From the NCBI GenBank assembly GCA_043823065.1, contig JBDRBB010000003.1:74260-138259 (forward strand): DNA of 64,000 nucleotides, written 5' to 3'. The stretch comes from Pseudomonadota bacterium. GTDB taxonomy: Bacteria; UBA10199; 2-02-FULL-44-16; DYJF01. Below are positions 1-11,700 of the stretch, piece after piece. Under the pieces are notes generated by a model. The model did not search any database and was not told the origin of the DNA. It worked only from the letters and a program-made list of their open reading frames with translations. A program made the position numbers and the translations under genes. Position 1 is the first letter of the stretch, and each line of letters starts with the position of its first letter.

Positions 1-3000
1 GAGAACGTCTAGCTAAACTTGCTTGCAATTCTGCAGCTCTACCAAGACGAGCGATATTTTCCGGTCTGTATGCTGCCTGACTTCTTAACCTGGCATTGCG
101 CTGCATAGCATCTATGATCGGTCTACTAATGCCTCTACCTACAGCATTGGCTCCTTCCAAAGGAATACAACGCAAGGTATTGGTGTAAAGCCTGACTGCC
201 AATGGAATATGCTGACCATTTGGCAGACGTTGCTCTGGTAACCAACCTCTAGATTCAGCCAGGCTTTCGCCCCAGGTCATACCAGCCACTGCGCTGGCAA
301 AACCTAGCCCAGGAATAGTTGTACCTAAAAGCCATCTGGCTACTAAACCAGTGGCCATGTTGGTTGCAGCAATCGCGCCAAAAATAGCTAGATTAGAAAT
401 AAGCATGGTCTGCATTTCTGAATGAGAGAGGCGCTCGCCTTGAGCTGCGCGATAGCCCATCATCATGGGAATATGCAAAGCATTGAGTGTGGTGAACATG
501 GCGCCAAAACCAATTAACTGGCCAGCCCCCTGTATTAAAACTGGTGCTTCAGCCAAAGCTGCATAACCCATCCTCAGGGCAAAAGCCTCAACAGCAATTG
601 GCGCTACAATTACTGCTGGAATTAGTGCAGCCATGAAAATAGCGCCCCTGATTGAAAACATTTCATTGAGCGCCTGCATGGTACCTATATAAGCTGCGGT
701 ATTATCCTCAATTGAGGCCATGCGTTGTTGCAGAGTTACTGCTCCTTCATTTTGATAAATCACATCCATGAAATCGCGCATCTGGGCATCACCACTTAAA
801 ATTGCTGAGACGCACGCGCGTTGACTGCGGGGATAAAGGCCTGGCAACTGGGGATTAGCGTTGATCCAAGAAGCCATGGCATAGCGCATGGGAATTGCCT
901 GACCTTCTAAGGCATCATCCCGCCAGATTTCTTCGACAATTCTGCCATAAGCTTCAGCTCTAGTGTTTGGTGAATCAAACCCTTCCACATCAATAATATC
1001 AATTATATGCGGATTAACTTGTTGCAACTGGGCATACACTTCTTGTTCATCGCAATTATTGTTCTCACAATATCTAGCAATAGCCTCACGCGTGGTCATA
1101 CCTTGGTTCAACACTAAGTCACCAACACCTGCCCACACATTGCGCATATTTTCGTGTTGGCTAATAAATTGACGCTGTCTGGCACGGTAAGTGTTAATTT
1201 CCTCTTGATCACAACCATCAGCAATGGCTTCAGTAATTAATGTATCCAAATGTTGAATGTTCCATTGATAATGACCTTCAATACCTAAACGCGCCCAATA
1301 TACGCTGCGCGCCGCAGCTTGCCGTCCATCAAGCTGCAAATAGGGCTGCCAAATACTTTGCGCTAGCTGTTGATAAAGGTCTGTTTGAACTGGTTCTGGT
1401 TCTTCAGTCTGCTCAGGAAAAATTTCCACTAGTTCATCATCTGTTGTTTCTGGCTCTTCAGGCCTGCCCACTGTTTCTAAAGCTGCATAATGTTCGGCTG
1501 CTGCACCCATTCTATCTTCCAACATGGCTTGCATAAAACGGGCAAAATGCACAGCAGTCTGGCCTTCAAAGCGCCCACCAAGCTGTTCTAAATCTTGCAT
1601 GCAGGTAATTGCAAAACTAGTATAAGGAGACTCAGCATTTTCAACTGAGCGTTGATTATTAAAAGCACTAACAGCAAGTCTCACCAATTGTTGACCTTGC
1701 TCTTGTAATAAAGAAGCTTCAGCAGAACTCATTTGCTGGGTGCGATGATTTAAAACCAGACGAACTCTATTGAGAGCTGCTACTGCTCGTTCATGCTGCC
1801 CGATTTGCGCATATTGCGCGGAAATTGAATATTGGCCTTGCATCCATTCTGTTAAATCAAGTTCACCATCCAAAGCCGCGTCAAGATCTGACTCCTGCAA
1901 ATCAATTTCAAAATTATCATAGTGGGCTTCTAAATTTTCCAAAGCAGATAATAAACGCCTCTCAATGTTTTGTCTTTCTTGGGGAGTGCCCACGCGTTCA
2001 AAAACAACTCTAGCCTGATGCAGCAAGGCTAAACCTTCTTGCATGTTTAAGTTACCAGCAGAGTTTTCAACTAACCTCATACCTCCTTGGGCCCAACTGC
2101 GCAGCTCAGCTAACAGGGCAATCATTTCTTGCTCATTACCATCTCTACCTACTTGAACTGCTGTATCATAAAAAGCATCTACTCTGGTTTCAAAAGGAAG
2201 TGAGTCTGAACGCAAAAAAACTTGCAAACGATTCATGGCTTGTTCATAACTATTTTGAAAATCTTGGCCCACTTCTGAATCTGCTTGTAGCAAGCGATAA
2301 ATATCTGCCACACCCCGCAAACGCGCCAAACGAGCCATAGCATCAGGCGCTGAATCAAGATCAGCCTGAATTGCTTCAGCTGTGGTTGCTAATTCATTTC
2401 TGGCTGAAATATAATCTTCTTGAACTTCAGCTGCATTAAATTGCAGGCCTGCTCGCAATAGTTGATAATGCAACCTATCATATAGTGCGCGCTCGCCTAA
2501 ATTATCAGTGTTCTCCAAAATTGTTTGCAATTGTTGATGCCAAAAACCAACCAGATCTTGTGGAGAAAATTCCAGATCCAAAGAAATATCAGTTTCACCT
2601 AAACCATTCACCAAATCCAACAACTCTAAAGTTCTGGACACAGCAATTTCTGTAGATAATCCTGAAGAAGTTACTGTTCTGGCCCATAAATTTAGGGCAT
2701 TAGCAATGCCCTCTTGATTGCGCCTTTGATTTATTTCCCGCGTGGGAGATGGTGCATCTTCAATAATGCGGCCCATTAATTCATCAACAATTGCGGAAAG
2801 TCTTTGACAGCAATAATCGCGATTAGGTTCGTGCTCAAGCATAGCCAGTTCTGCTAAAGGCTCTAACTCTGGTATTTCCTGACTTTCCTGGCTGTTGGCT
2901 GATTGAACAACTGGCTCATCATTGGCGCCTAATCTAGCTGGCAGCGGCAAAGGTTGATGTTCAGGGGTTATCACTGCTGGCATTTGATTTAAGGCTAGAT

Positions 3001-3136
3001 ATTCACTGGCTACTTGCTCAGCCAAACTTGTTTCAGGAGTTTCTGTTTCTGGAAATTGCTCATTCAACCACAGGAAAAATTGATCATGTTCATTAAGGGG
3101 TTCTCTTAAAAATGGATTAGGGGATTGGATGCCCAT
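1..3136 (-). CDS. Large orphan helical protein with C-terminal hydrophobic segments, >1045 aa, runs off window start; zero Lys
   Basis: Absent from the ORF track because no stop lies in the window. Manual translation from ATG 3136 (SD AAAGGAG) gives MGIQSPNPFLREP... with no stop and no Lys codon down to base 2. Confidence 0.85.
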   Translation of the reverse strand, partial: MGIQSPNPFLREPLNEHDQFFLWLNEQFPETETPETSLAEQVASEYLALNQMPAVITPEHQPLPLPARLGANDEPVVQSANSQESQEIPELEPLAELAMLEHEPNRDYCCQRLSAIVDELMGRIIEDAPSPTREINQRRNQEGIANALNLWARTVTSSGLSTEIAVSRTLELLDLVNGLGETDISLDLEFSPQDLVGFWHQQLQTILENTDNLGERALYDRLHYQLLRAGLQFNAAEVQEDYISARNELATTAEAIQADLDSAPDAMARLARLRGVADIYRLLQADSEVGQDFQNSYEQAMNRLQVFLRSDSLPFETRVDAFYDTAVQVGRDGNEQEMIALLAELRSWAQGGMRLVENSAGNLNMQEGLALLHQARVVFERVGTPQERQNIERRLLSALENLEAHYDNFEIDLQESDLDAALDGELDLTEWMQGQYSISAQYAQIGQHERAVAALNRVRLVLNHRTQQMSSAEASLLQEQGQQLVRLAVSAFNNQRSVENAESPYTSFAITCMQDLEQLGGRFEGQTAVHFARFMQAMLEDRMGAAAEHYAALETVGRPEEPETTDDELVEIFPEQTEEPEPVQTDLYQQLAQSIWQPYLQLDGRQAAARSVYWARLGIEGHYQWNIQHLDTLITEAIADGCDQEEINTYRARQRQFISQHENMRNVWAGVGDLVLNQGMTTREAIARYCENNNCDEQEVYAQLQQVNPHIIDIIDVEGFDSPNTRAEAYGRIVEEIWRDDALEGQAIPMRYAMASWINANPQLPGLYPRSQRACVSAILSGDAQMRDFMDVIYQNEGAVTLQQRMASIEDNTAAYIGTMQALNEMFSIRGAIFMAALIPAVIVAPIAVEAFALRMGYAALAEAPVLIQGAGQLIGFGAMFTTLNALHIPMMMGYRAAQGERLSHSEMQTMLISNLAIFGAIAATNMATGLVARWLLGTTIPGLGFASAVAGMTWGESLAESRGWLPEQRLPNGQHIPLAVRLYTNTLRCIPLEGANAVGRGISRPIIDAMQRNARLRSQAAYRPENIARLGRAAELQASLARRS

Positions 3137-3297
3137 ATACTAACTCCTTTGAATTGCTGATTAGCCATAGCTCCCCCAAGCAAATGGATGTGTTCTTTAA
3201 TCAAAAACAATAAATCATGTCAACTGCAGAACCAGAAAAAAAGTTGTTATTATTTATAATTGGGCTATGTTTGGACATGATTAAAAAATTGGATATT

Positions 3298-4236
3298 ATG
3301 AAATTTCAGCCTGTTTTGAAATCCCTGCCCTGGGGAGGACGCAAATTAGCCTCTCTACTTAACAAAACCCTTCCAGATGATGCCCCTTATGGCGAATCTT
3401 GGGAAATTGTGGACCTGCCTTCTGTCCAAAGCATAGTAAATAAAGGACCCTGGCAAGGAGCTTCCTTGGCAAGCATTGTCAAAGAACAACCCCAGGCTCT
3501 CATGGGCAATTCTAAGCTATCTCAGGGGAGATTTCCCTTACTTTTCAAGTTTATTGATGCCAATGACACGCTTTCAGTTCAAGTTCACCCAGATGAAGCA
3601 GCATGCAAAAAACTTGGAGGTGGGGCCCGGCCTAAAACCGAAGCCTGGTTTATTTTGCATGCTGAACCAGGAGCTAAGCTATATTTAGGATTGCAACCTG
3701 GAGTTGCGCCTCAAGCTTTTGAGGCTGCCCTACAAACTGGAAAAGTTGAAGAATTATTAAAAACTGTTGAAGTAAAACCTGGCGATTTTTATTTTATCCC
3801 AGCAGGACTGGTGCATGCTATTGGCAAAGGTATTGTCTTAGCTGAAATTCAGCAAGTTTCTGATACAACTTATCGGGTTTTTGATTGGAACCGGGTTGGT
3901 TTAGATGGCAAACCTAGACAACTGCATATTAAACAAGCTCTGGCTTCAATCAAATTTGATCTGCAACCAGTTCTTGGCCAAACCAAAATTACTTGTCCCT
4001 ATTTTTCCTTTGAACAGGTGCGAATAAGTGCGGAAAAATCTTTTGCTATAAATCCAGGTAGGCCTAAAATTATAGCAAGTATTAGGGGAACATGTCATTG
4101 CGAGCCACAAAGTGGCGTGGCGATTCAGGATGACAAAACAGTTTTAACCCTTGGGGAAACCTGCTTAATTCCTGCTTCTGTATCTGGCACAATAATCGCT
4201 GAAAAACAAAGCGAATTATTATTAATCAAGGCTTAG
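3298..4236 (+). CDS. manA: Type I mannose-6-phosphate isomerase (cupin, ManA/GmuF-like)
   Basis: PWGG, GESWE, FPLLFKFIDA, LSVQVHPD, KTEAW, VHAIG, EIQQVSDTTYRVFDWNR motifs; start moved to ATG 3298 (MKFQP). Confidence 0.88.
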   Translation: MKFQPVLKSLPWGGRKLASLLNKTLPDDAPYGESWEIVDLPSVQSIVNKGPWQGASLASIVKEQPQALMGNSKLSQGRFPLLFKFIDANDTLSVQVHPDEAACKKLGGGARPKTEAWFILHAEPGAKLYLGLQPGVAPQAFEAALQTGKVEELLKTVEVKPGDFYFIPAGLVHAIGKGIVLAEIQQVSDTTYRVFDWNRVGLDGKPRQLHIKQALASIKFDLQPVLGQTKITCPYFSFEQVRISAEKSFAINPGRPKIIASIRGTCHCEPQSGVAIQDDKTVLTLGETCLIPASVSGTIIAEKQSELLLIKA

Positions 4237-4242
4237 GATACA

Positions 4243-5595
4243 TTACTTCTTGCTATTATGATGCGCTTCTAATGAAGCAGCTCTAGCCTTCCAGGTGAAC
4301 AAGAATAAAAACGTGCCAATCACTGCCGCTGCTATAAAGAAGATAAACCCTCCATCCCAGCCCCATTTATCAACAACTAAGCCGGTTCCTACACCGCAAA
4401 TAGCGCTGCCAACATAACCAAAAGTTCCGGTTAAGCCAGTGGCTGTAGCAGCAGCTCTCTTTGAAGCAAAATCAGCAGCAGCAACACCAACCAGCATTTG
4501 CGGACCATAAATCAAAAACTTAACTGCAACCAAGTAAATAGTAGCAAGCACCTGGCTACCTACTGGAACCTTCCAAAGTCCAAATATAGCGGCAATTACA
4601 AGTATCATAAAAATAACATTAACCGGCCCTCTTCTACCTTTGAACAAAGTATCAGAAAACCAGCCAGCGCCAATTGCCCCAGCAATACCAACAACTTCAG
4701 AAATCGCAGTGATAATACCAGCATTCATCAGAGAAGCGCCCTTGGCTTCCACCAAAAACGTGGGCGCCCAATCTAAAACACCAATTCGCACAATATAAAC
4801 AAAAATATTGGCAAAACAAATGATCCACAACAGTCTGTTTTTTATAATATATTGAAAAAAGATCTCTTTAAAAGAAGCTGCATTATCATCACATTCATGA
4901 TCATCGCATTTGGCATCACCTCTATGTTTCTCCACAGGCGGCAAACCCATAGACTGCGGAGTATCGCGCAGCATGACCATTAAAAATATAGCTGAAACAA
5001 CAGCGATTGCTGCTGGCACAAAAAATGCCGAACGCCAGCCATAATGTGGAATTAACCAGCCAGCCAAGATCAAAATACCAGCGCCGCCAACTTGATGCGA
5101 AGCATTCCAAATTCCCCATTTTGTTCCAAGTTCAGTTGGCGAAAACCAGTGCGTTAAAAGTCTAGCGCAAGGAGGCCAACCCATTCCTTGAAACCAGGCA
5201 TTAGCTATCCAAAATACGCCAAAGAAAATCATCGAGGAAGAAAGACCAAAGGCTATGTTCATAAAAGCGGAAAGGATTAACCCCAAGGCCATAAAATAGC
5301 GGGCATTAGAACGATCTGACAACATCCCGCTGCAAAATTTAGAAACACCATAAACAATGGAGAACAAGGTAAGAATTAAACCTAAATCTGTTTTGGTGTA
5401 ACCTAGTTCTGACAAGAAATACGGCATAGCCATGGAAAAATTTTTTCGGCAGAAATAAAACATGGCGTAGCCAAACATCATTGAGGTTAAAATTTGGAAA
5501 CGCCATTTTTTATATTCTTTTTTGATTTTTGCTTGATCGGTAATAATTGGAGCAGGTGGCTGAGCAGCCAAACAGGAAAGCATATTTTTAATCAT
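4243..5595 (-). CDS. MFS organophosphate:Pi antiporter family transporter (UhpC/UhpT/GlpT-like)
   Basis: GYAMFYFCRKNF, FQGMGWPPC, WNASHQVGG, YGPQMLVG motifs; 12-TM pattern. Confidence 0.9.
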   Translation of the reverse strand: MIKNMLSCLAAQPPAPIITDQAKIKKEYKKWRFQILTSMMFGYAMFYFCRKNFSMAMPYFLSELGYTKTDLGLILTLFSIVYGVSKFCSGMLSDRSNARYFMALGLILSAFMNIAFGLSSSMIFFGVFWIANAWFQGMGWPPCARLLTHWFSPTELGTKWGIWNASHQVGGAGILILAGWLIPHYGWRSAFFVPAAIAVVSAIFLMVMLRDTPQSMGLPPVEKHRGDAKCDDHECDDNAASFKEIFFQYIIKNRLLWIICFANIFVYIVRIGVLDWAPTFLVEAKGASLMNAGIITAISEVVGIAGAIGAGWFSDTLFKGRRGPVNVIFMILVIAAIFGLWKVPVGSQVLATIYLVAVKFLIYGPQMLVGVAAADFASKRAAATATGLTGTFGYVGSAICGVGTGLVVDKWGWDGGFIFFIAAAVIGTFLFLFTWKARAASLEAHHNSKK

Positions 5596-5691
5596 TATCC
5601 CCCCTTTGCATATTAATTAAAAAAGCTGATAACTCATTTCAATTTATGAAGCTAAAATCAACATAAAAATTAAAAAACATGAGCTTTGTTC

Positions 5692-5751
5692 TAATTACCG
5701 CTGCCGCATATCTCTGATAATTGGGTGCAATCTACTGTCATCTGGATCAAC
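5692..5751. repeat. 60-bp direct repeat, copy 1 (3' end of 2051-aa gene)
   Basis: 58/60 identical to 11871-11930; first 39 bp identical. Confidence 0.9.
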
Positions 5752-8700
5752 GGCACGAATGCGAATTGGTTCATCAGCTCTAATTGCCTCATCATCTATA
5801 AAAGCACCGCTGCCGTTAAGAGTAATATTAAATCTCCAACGAGCCTCTGGCGTTTCCAGATTTGGCATTCTAGCGAAAATTTCCGGATACTCCCCTTCTA
5901 AACGTTCCAAAGAATATACCACACTATTGCCATCAGATGCTCTGACATCTCTATATCTATTTCTAAAAAGATGTAATCTTGCAGCTTGGTGGGCAATTAA
6001 TCTGCGTTCATTTTCCACCACTGTGTCACTAGCCCTAACCTCATTAACTAAATTACGAAATGCCTGGGCATAGGCTTCAAATCTATCTCGCATGATATCT
6101 GGATTGATTCCAGCTTGACTACCTGCAATAATATCTCGCATTAGATCATACCCAAGCACAATAGCTTTACCGCCGGTGATTTCATCTTCCGGATCATATA
6201 AATCAAATTCTTGATTGCATACATTAGATGAGTTTACAAATTCTCTAAATTGAACGTCATTTTCCACATTGGGATGATTCTCAGCTATATCCACCATACA
6301 ATCCCAAGCGCCTAAAAATACCTCATTAGCTATATGTTCATATTCAAAATAATTGTTTTGAGCTGGTCCTAAAACATTATCCAGAATATTCCAACTAGTA
6401 TCTATTTCATGCGAAATGGCAAAAACATCTCCCCCCAATCCCCAACTTGATCTCATAGGGCTGTAACTAAAAAATACACCTGGCTGAACAACATCACTAA
6501 AGCGATTGACTACTCTGGCTATTGGATCTGTTTCTGGGACTCTGTCTCCATCCAGCTCACTGATAAATGTTTCAAAACCATTGATACCATTACGGTAGGG
6601 TGGAAAAATAGCAGCCGGAATTCCATTGGCAAAAAAACCTAAAACATAACCAACAGATCTGGCTATTGGCGTATCATAGCCCAAAGGAGATTGGATATAG
6701 GGCCAAATGATCATGGCTGCTATGCCGTAGTTCAGAGCACGCTGAACACGTTGATATTCAGGATCACCGTTACTGGTATGCTGAAAAATTCCATAATTCA
6801 TGCCATAAGCTGCGCCCATTAAGAATGGCGCAGTCATGGCAGCGCCGCCAAAAGTATAGCGAGGAGTACTAAGCGTTCTACCCCTAAACACATTTAACCT
6901 TTCTCCACCCAAAACCAGATCATCAGCAAATTCCTGGCGAGCAGCATGCCAAAAACGATTGCCTTGAATCTCATAGCCCAAATCATCTAGATGTTGATCT
7001 AGCAATTCTCTATTTCTGACGTGTCTTCTAGCTGAACCAGCATAGGCGCGCTGAAATTCATTTACTGTTAAACGCCTGGCACCAAAGGCTATATCCCCTC
7101 TAAAACCATTAGTGGAATGAATCAGCCTGTTACTAGTAGCATCCCAACGCAAATTACGACTCAAGAGCCATTCTTGCGTGACTTGAACATTATTGAACCA
7201 GAAACTGGCATTTTCCCCTTGCCCCTGCACTCTAATATCATTGGCATAGGTTCTGAACCAGTCCCGCAGAACTGGCACGCGGCCCCAAGGAGAAGTATTA
7301 AAAAGACGCGGCGATTCAATCACAGTGTTTGGCACAAACTCTCCATAGTCACCTATGAATGCCCGTTCTGTTCTATAAAGCTGGCCGCCATCATGTCTAT
7401 TCCATCTATAACCCATTTGCCTTAAAGCAGTTGGTGTGATTTGCCTACCATCTAATTCAAAAATCTCTCTACCAGATTCTTCTCTAACTCTTAACTGAGT
7501 ACTACGCATTACCTCTCTAGAAGCAACGCTATATACTGAAGCAATATTTTCCACTCTGTTAGGCACAACTTCTTCCCTAAGTGGACTTAGCAATCTATGA
7601 GTTTTATTGTCCCAAAGATAACTAGTCCTTCTTTGCAATGCTCCTCTGCTCATTGCCTGGCCATCTAAGATAAATCTTGGCCTGTCTAAGCGGCCAAGCA
7701 CCACTTCTAAATTTTGCTCTACATTGGTTCTGGAATTGGTAATTGTATACGAAATGCGCCCAGGTCTATGAGCATCACTTCTTTCCAAAAAAACTGGAGG
7801 TGTTCGGCTAGTACCAGCTTCCCATTGATAACCTAATTGTTCTAAGGCTTGCGCTTCAACTTGGTTGCCATTTAAGTAAAATCTGGTTTGCCCGTTACCA
7901 ACTTGAACCCTAAGCATATTAGGTTCACCAGCAAAACCTTCTAGATCATAATTTCTAGAATTATTTGCACCATCTCTGAATGCTATTCTATTACCCCTGG
8001 CATCTAGCAATTCATTATTTGTCCATCGATAACCATTTCTACGCAAAAATGAAGCAGGAATTTGCTGGCCATTTAATTCAAATATAGGTCTTCTGCCATT
8101 AAATCTAACTTGCAGAGAATATTGAGGAGCAACAGGAGCTTGGATATTATAAAGGCGATCTCCATCAATTATGGTCGGCGCTACTCTTGATGATTGCACG
8201 TTAAAAACATGTCTTGAAATCGGATCCCATACATGACCGATTTCCAATAATCGCTGATTTAATTGAGCTTCTGTTATTTCTTGCCCATTTAGTCTAAAAC
8301 TGTACCCGCGCCCAAAACCATTATTATTTACTTCTAAACGAACCGGTGTGGCATCTGCTGAATGAGAGTTTTGAATCAGCTCATAGGTACGCAATCTTCT
8401 GGTAGCGCTTATTGGTGTAATTTCGGCTGGTCCGTATCTTTCATAAGTGGCACCTGGGCCACCAGTTAATAAGCCAGCATTCACTCCACTTTGCATATTT
8501 CTTAAGCCAGGCATTCTTTGAGATAAAGCAATCAATCTTCTACCCAACGGGAAACCCATGAGAAAAGCCCGGCCGCGCAAGATAGTCATGATCGGCACAC
8601 TAGAGCCTTGAGTTTCTGCGGCAAAAGACATGAGTCTGCGTTGATATTGGGCATCATCATAAAAACCACGAAAAGGATTTTGCCCACCTTGCCACAACAT

Positions 8701-11700
8701 AATTGCTTCTGTGCCAATCTTAAAAGGCAAAGCAACAATAATACCTAAGGCATTTACACCAGTAATTCTGCCGGTTAAAATTGCCAAACCAGCAGCACCG
8801 CCAGCACCACCAACAATATTATTTAATTCAGGCCATTCACCATCTAGCAGCGGTTCTCCAGCCAAATCAAGTCCCATCGCGCCCCCAGAATAGAGTAAAT
8901 ATCGCCTCATGGCCGGCTCCATCTGAGACCAATCATATCTGACAAAAAGTCCAGCTGTGAGAAGCAAGCCAACATCACCTACCCAAGAATTTTCATTTAT
9001 AATTCTAACTTGCTCCTCGCCCATTCTATCAGTATATTCCACTCTCCTGGCCAAACCCAGACCCAAAAAATCACCGCTAGAGATCAAATAGCTGTTGGCC
9101 CAAATCATATCCTGGCCTAAAAAGAAGGCATCAGCAGCATAACCTTGGTATAGAAGATTATACAAATTAGCTGAATACATTGACTGGGCTGTTCTTTGAG
9201 CCAGACCCATTCTAATTCCAGTATGCAAACCACCAGAAACAGCAAGCATACCACCAGCAGCGCGCATATAAAAACCTAAGTCCTCATCAAGATAATCAGC
9301 CGGATAACCTGCTAGATGCAGGCTTAAACCTGCGCCTAAGCGCCATTGTTCGCCGTAAGAAAGATAAGCCCTGACTTCTCCGAGATTATTCCCAAATATC
9401 CTACTTAACTGACCAGAGTTTTGCATAGCCCCTCTTAAGCCTTGCTGGGCAAAAAGCCATCGGCCACTATTTAGGGCACCTCTACCCAAGCCAGTAACTA
9501 ACACTCTACCAAAAAGAAAAGCTGGTCTGGCTAATAAGCCGGCATTAAGCATATTCAAACCAGTCATCACCCCAAAGGTGACCACATTACGAAAAGCTTG
9601 CTCAGAAGTTATATCAGATGAACCACTAATCTGCGCCCTTTCAATTAAATCCAAATTGGCTACAATATTTTGACCTGTATTGGCTGCTGAACCAAGGAAG
9701 GCGCATCCTGCAGCAGCAAGACCCAAACCAATACCGCTCCAGCCAAAAACCAAAGCGCCAACAGCATAACAACCTAAACCGCTAGCTGCTGGTATGCCAA
9801 AATCCCGCCAAGGATTGCCGGTCATTAAATAATCAGACATGGTATACCAATAGGCTTGCTCACCTTGAGGAGTGCCTGTAAAATCTCTGTCAACTAGATT
9901 GCCATCTTGGTCAAAAAGTTGCGGCTGATTTTGTCTTAAATCATGTTCTATATGCTGAAACAAAGGCGTAGAAACAATACCTTGCCGACCAGAGTTGCCA
10001 TCTATTAATCGCAGATCAAACCTTCTAATATCAAATAAGTCTGGAACTGTCGGCAATTGCGGTTCACTTTCATCTTGCCCTGGATTATCAATTAAAAAAG
10101 AATTTGCATCTGAAACAATATTTCGATTTGCTGTTCTGGAAAAATTAGATCTATCGTTAGAGTCTGTATTAAAAGCCAACAAAACATCATTGTCAGCAAA
10201 AGGATCAGTTAACAAAAAACGCAGGTTTTCTATTGCTTCTGGAGACCTATTGGCAGCTCTAGGTCCGTTAATAAAAAGACTCAGTACAGCTTGGGTATAA
10301 TGAGCATATAATGGATCATTCTCTTCAAGCGTTACCTCACTTTGAATTATATCTTCATAATCTTGAACCATATTAGCCAGCTGATTAAAGGCCAGCTCAA
10401 TTTCACTATTGTTGTGTTGTTGCGCCAATTGGGAAAAGATACCGCCACCCATGCGCAACCCCTGACTATCAACCTCGCCCCGAGCAGTATGGATGTTAAT
10501 TACTTGGTTTAGGGTTTGGCCCAAAATCCTCTTGGTAGCAACTGAAGCATTCTGAGAATTTTCAATTAAAGCACCAAGTTGTCTTTCTAAACCTCTTAAG
10601 CGCTCGTCTAGCAACAAGCTCTCTTCTGTGCTTAAATCTGGATTAGCAAACCGCAAATACGCATGACCTGTATAAAGTTGGCTTAAGGTTAGAGCTTCCA
10701 CCTGTTCTAATAATTCTAAATTGCCGACAGTAAAACTAACCTCTTGCAAATATGAGTTAAGCTCTTGGACACCACTATCTCTCAGCTCAGGATCAATATT
10801 TTCAAAGCCACTTAAAACAGAAAGAACTTCCTCCAAGTTATCTATAGTAACACCTTCTTCGCCTGTTATATCATTAATAGCGGACAATAATTCCTGAAGA
10901 TCATTTAAGCTCCCCAGCTCTTCTCGCAACGCCCTTATCTCTTCTAAAGCGCGTCTAACTTGGAAATGGTTATTAGAATCAAGATCTATTTGCAAAGACT
11001 GCAATCTATACCAAGCAGTAGCCATAATATTTTGGGCATTATCAATTGCTGCTTCATAATATTGTTGGCTCTGTTCAGAAGCACGAATAACTCTATAGGC
11101 ATCAGCAATCATTGCTGCTTGTTCTGAAGAAAGAGCTCTGCGTGCGTCATCAATATTTTCTTCATTAATTTCTTGGCCTAAAAAAGCTGTTAAAAATGCT
11201 CTATCCAATCGATTTAAATTGGCAGACCATCTCTGTTCCAAGGTTCGAACACTTCTTTCTAATTGTTCCACCCTATCTTCAGTTTCAGCAACTTGACTTC
11301 TTAAGATCATTAGATAGCTAGCGTTATCTGCCTGGCCAAAACCATCTGCATAAGCATCTGTCATTGCTTCATTTCTCATCTCTCTATCTAACTGCTGTCT
11401 CTGCTCTTGCAACAATTGCCTGCTGGTTAGCAAATTTCTTCTTTGAGCTTGAAGTTCTTGCAGGGCATCCTCGTCAACATCAAATAATTCCAAACCATAT
11501 TCAAAGATTTCGCCTAAAACAGCAGCGCTATCTGCATGCTCTGCATTTTCAACAAACAACTCTCTTAAGCTGGCTGCTGCTATTTCAAAATTTTCCTGAA
11601 GTTGAACTTCAGTTAATTGATTTAGATCAGTTGGTTCTAAACGGTCTTCGTGATTTGGAGTTGCTGTTGTTGGTTGTTCTAATAATTGGGCAAGTCGTCT

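Noticed and set aside
963-2013. Short plus-strand ORFs (69, 98, 62 aa)
   Set aside because: Antisense shadows of the long minus-strand ORF 1-3136. The same applies to the many short track ORFs opposite or inside long genes.
3221-3247. Sixth copy of the sigma28-like motif upstream of 1-3136
   Set aside because: Only an AAAAAAGTTG half-site; no CGATA box at the right spacing.
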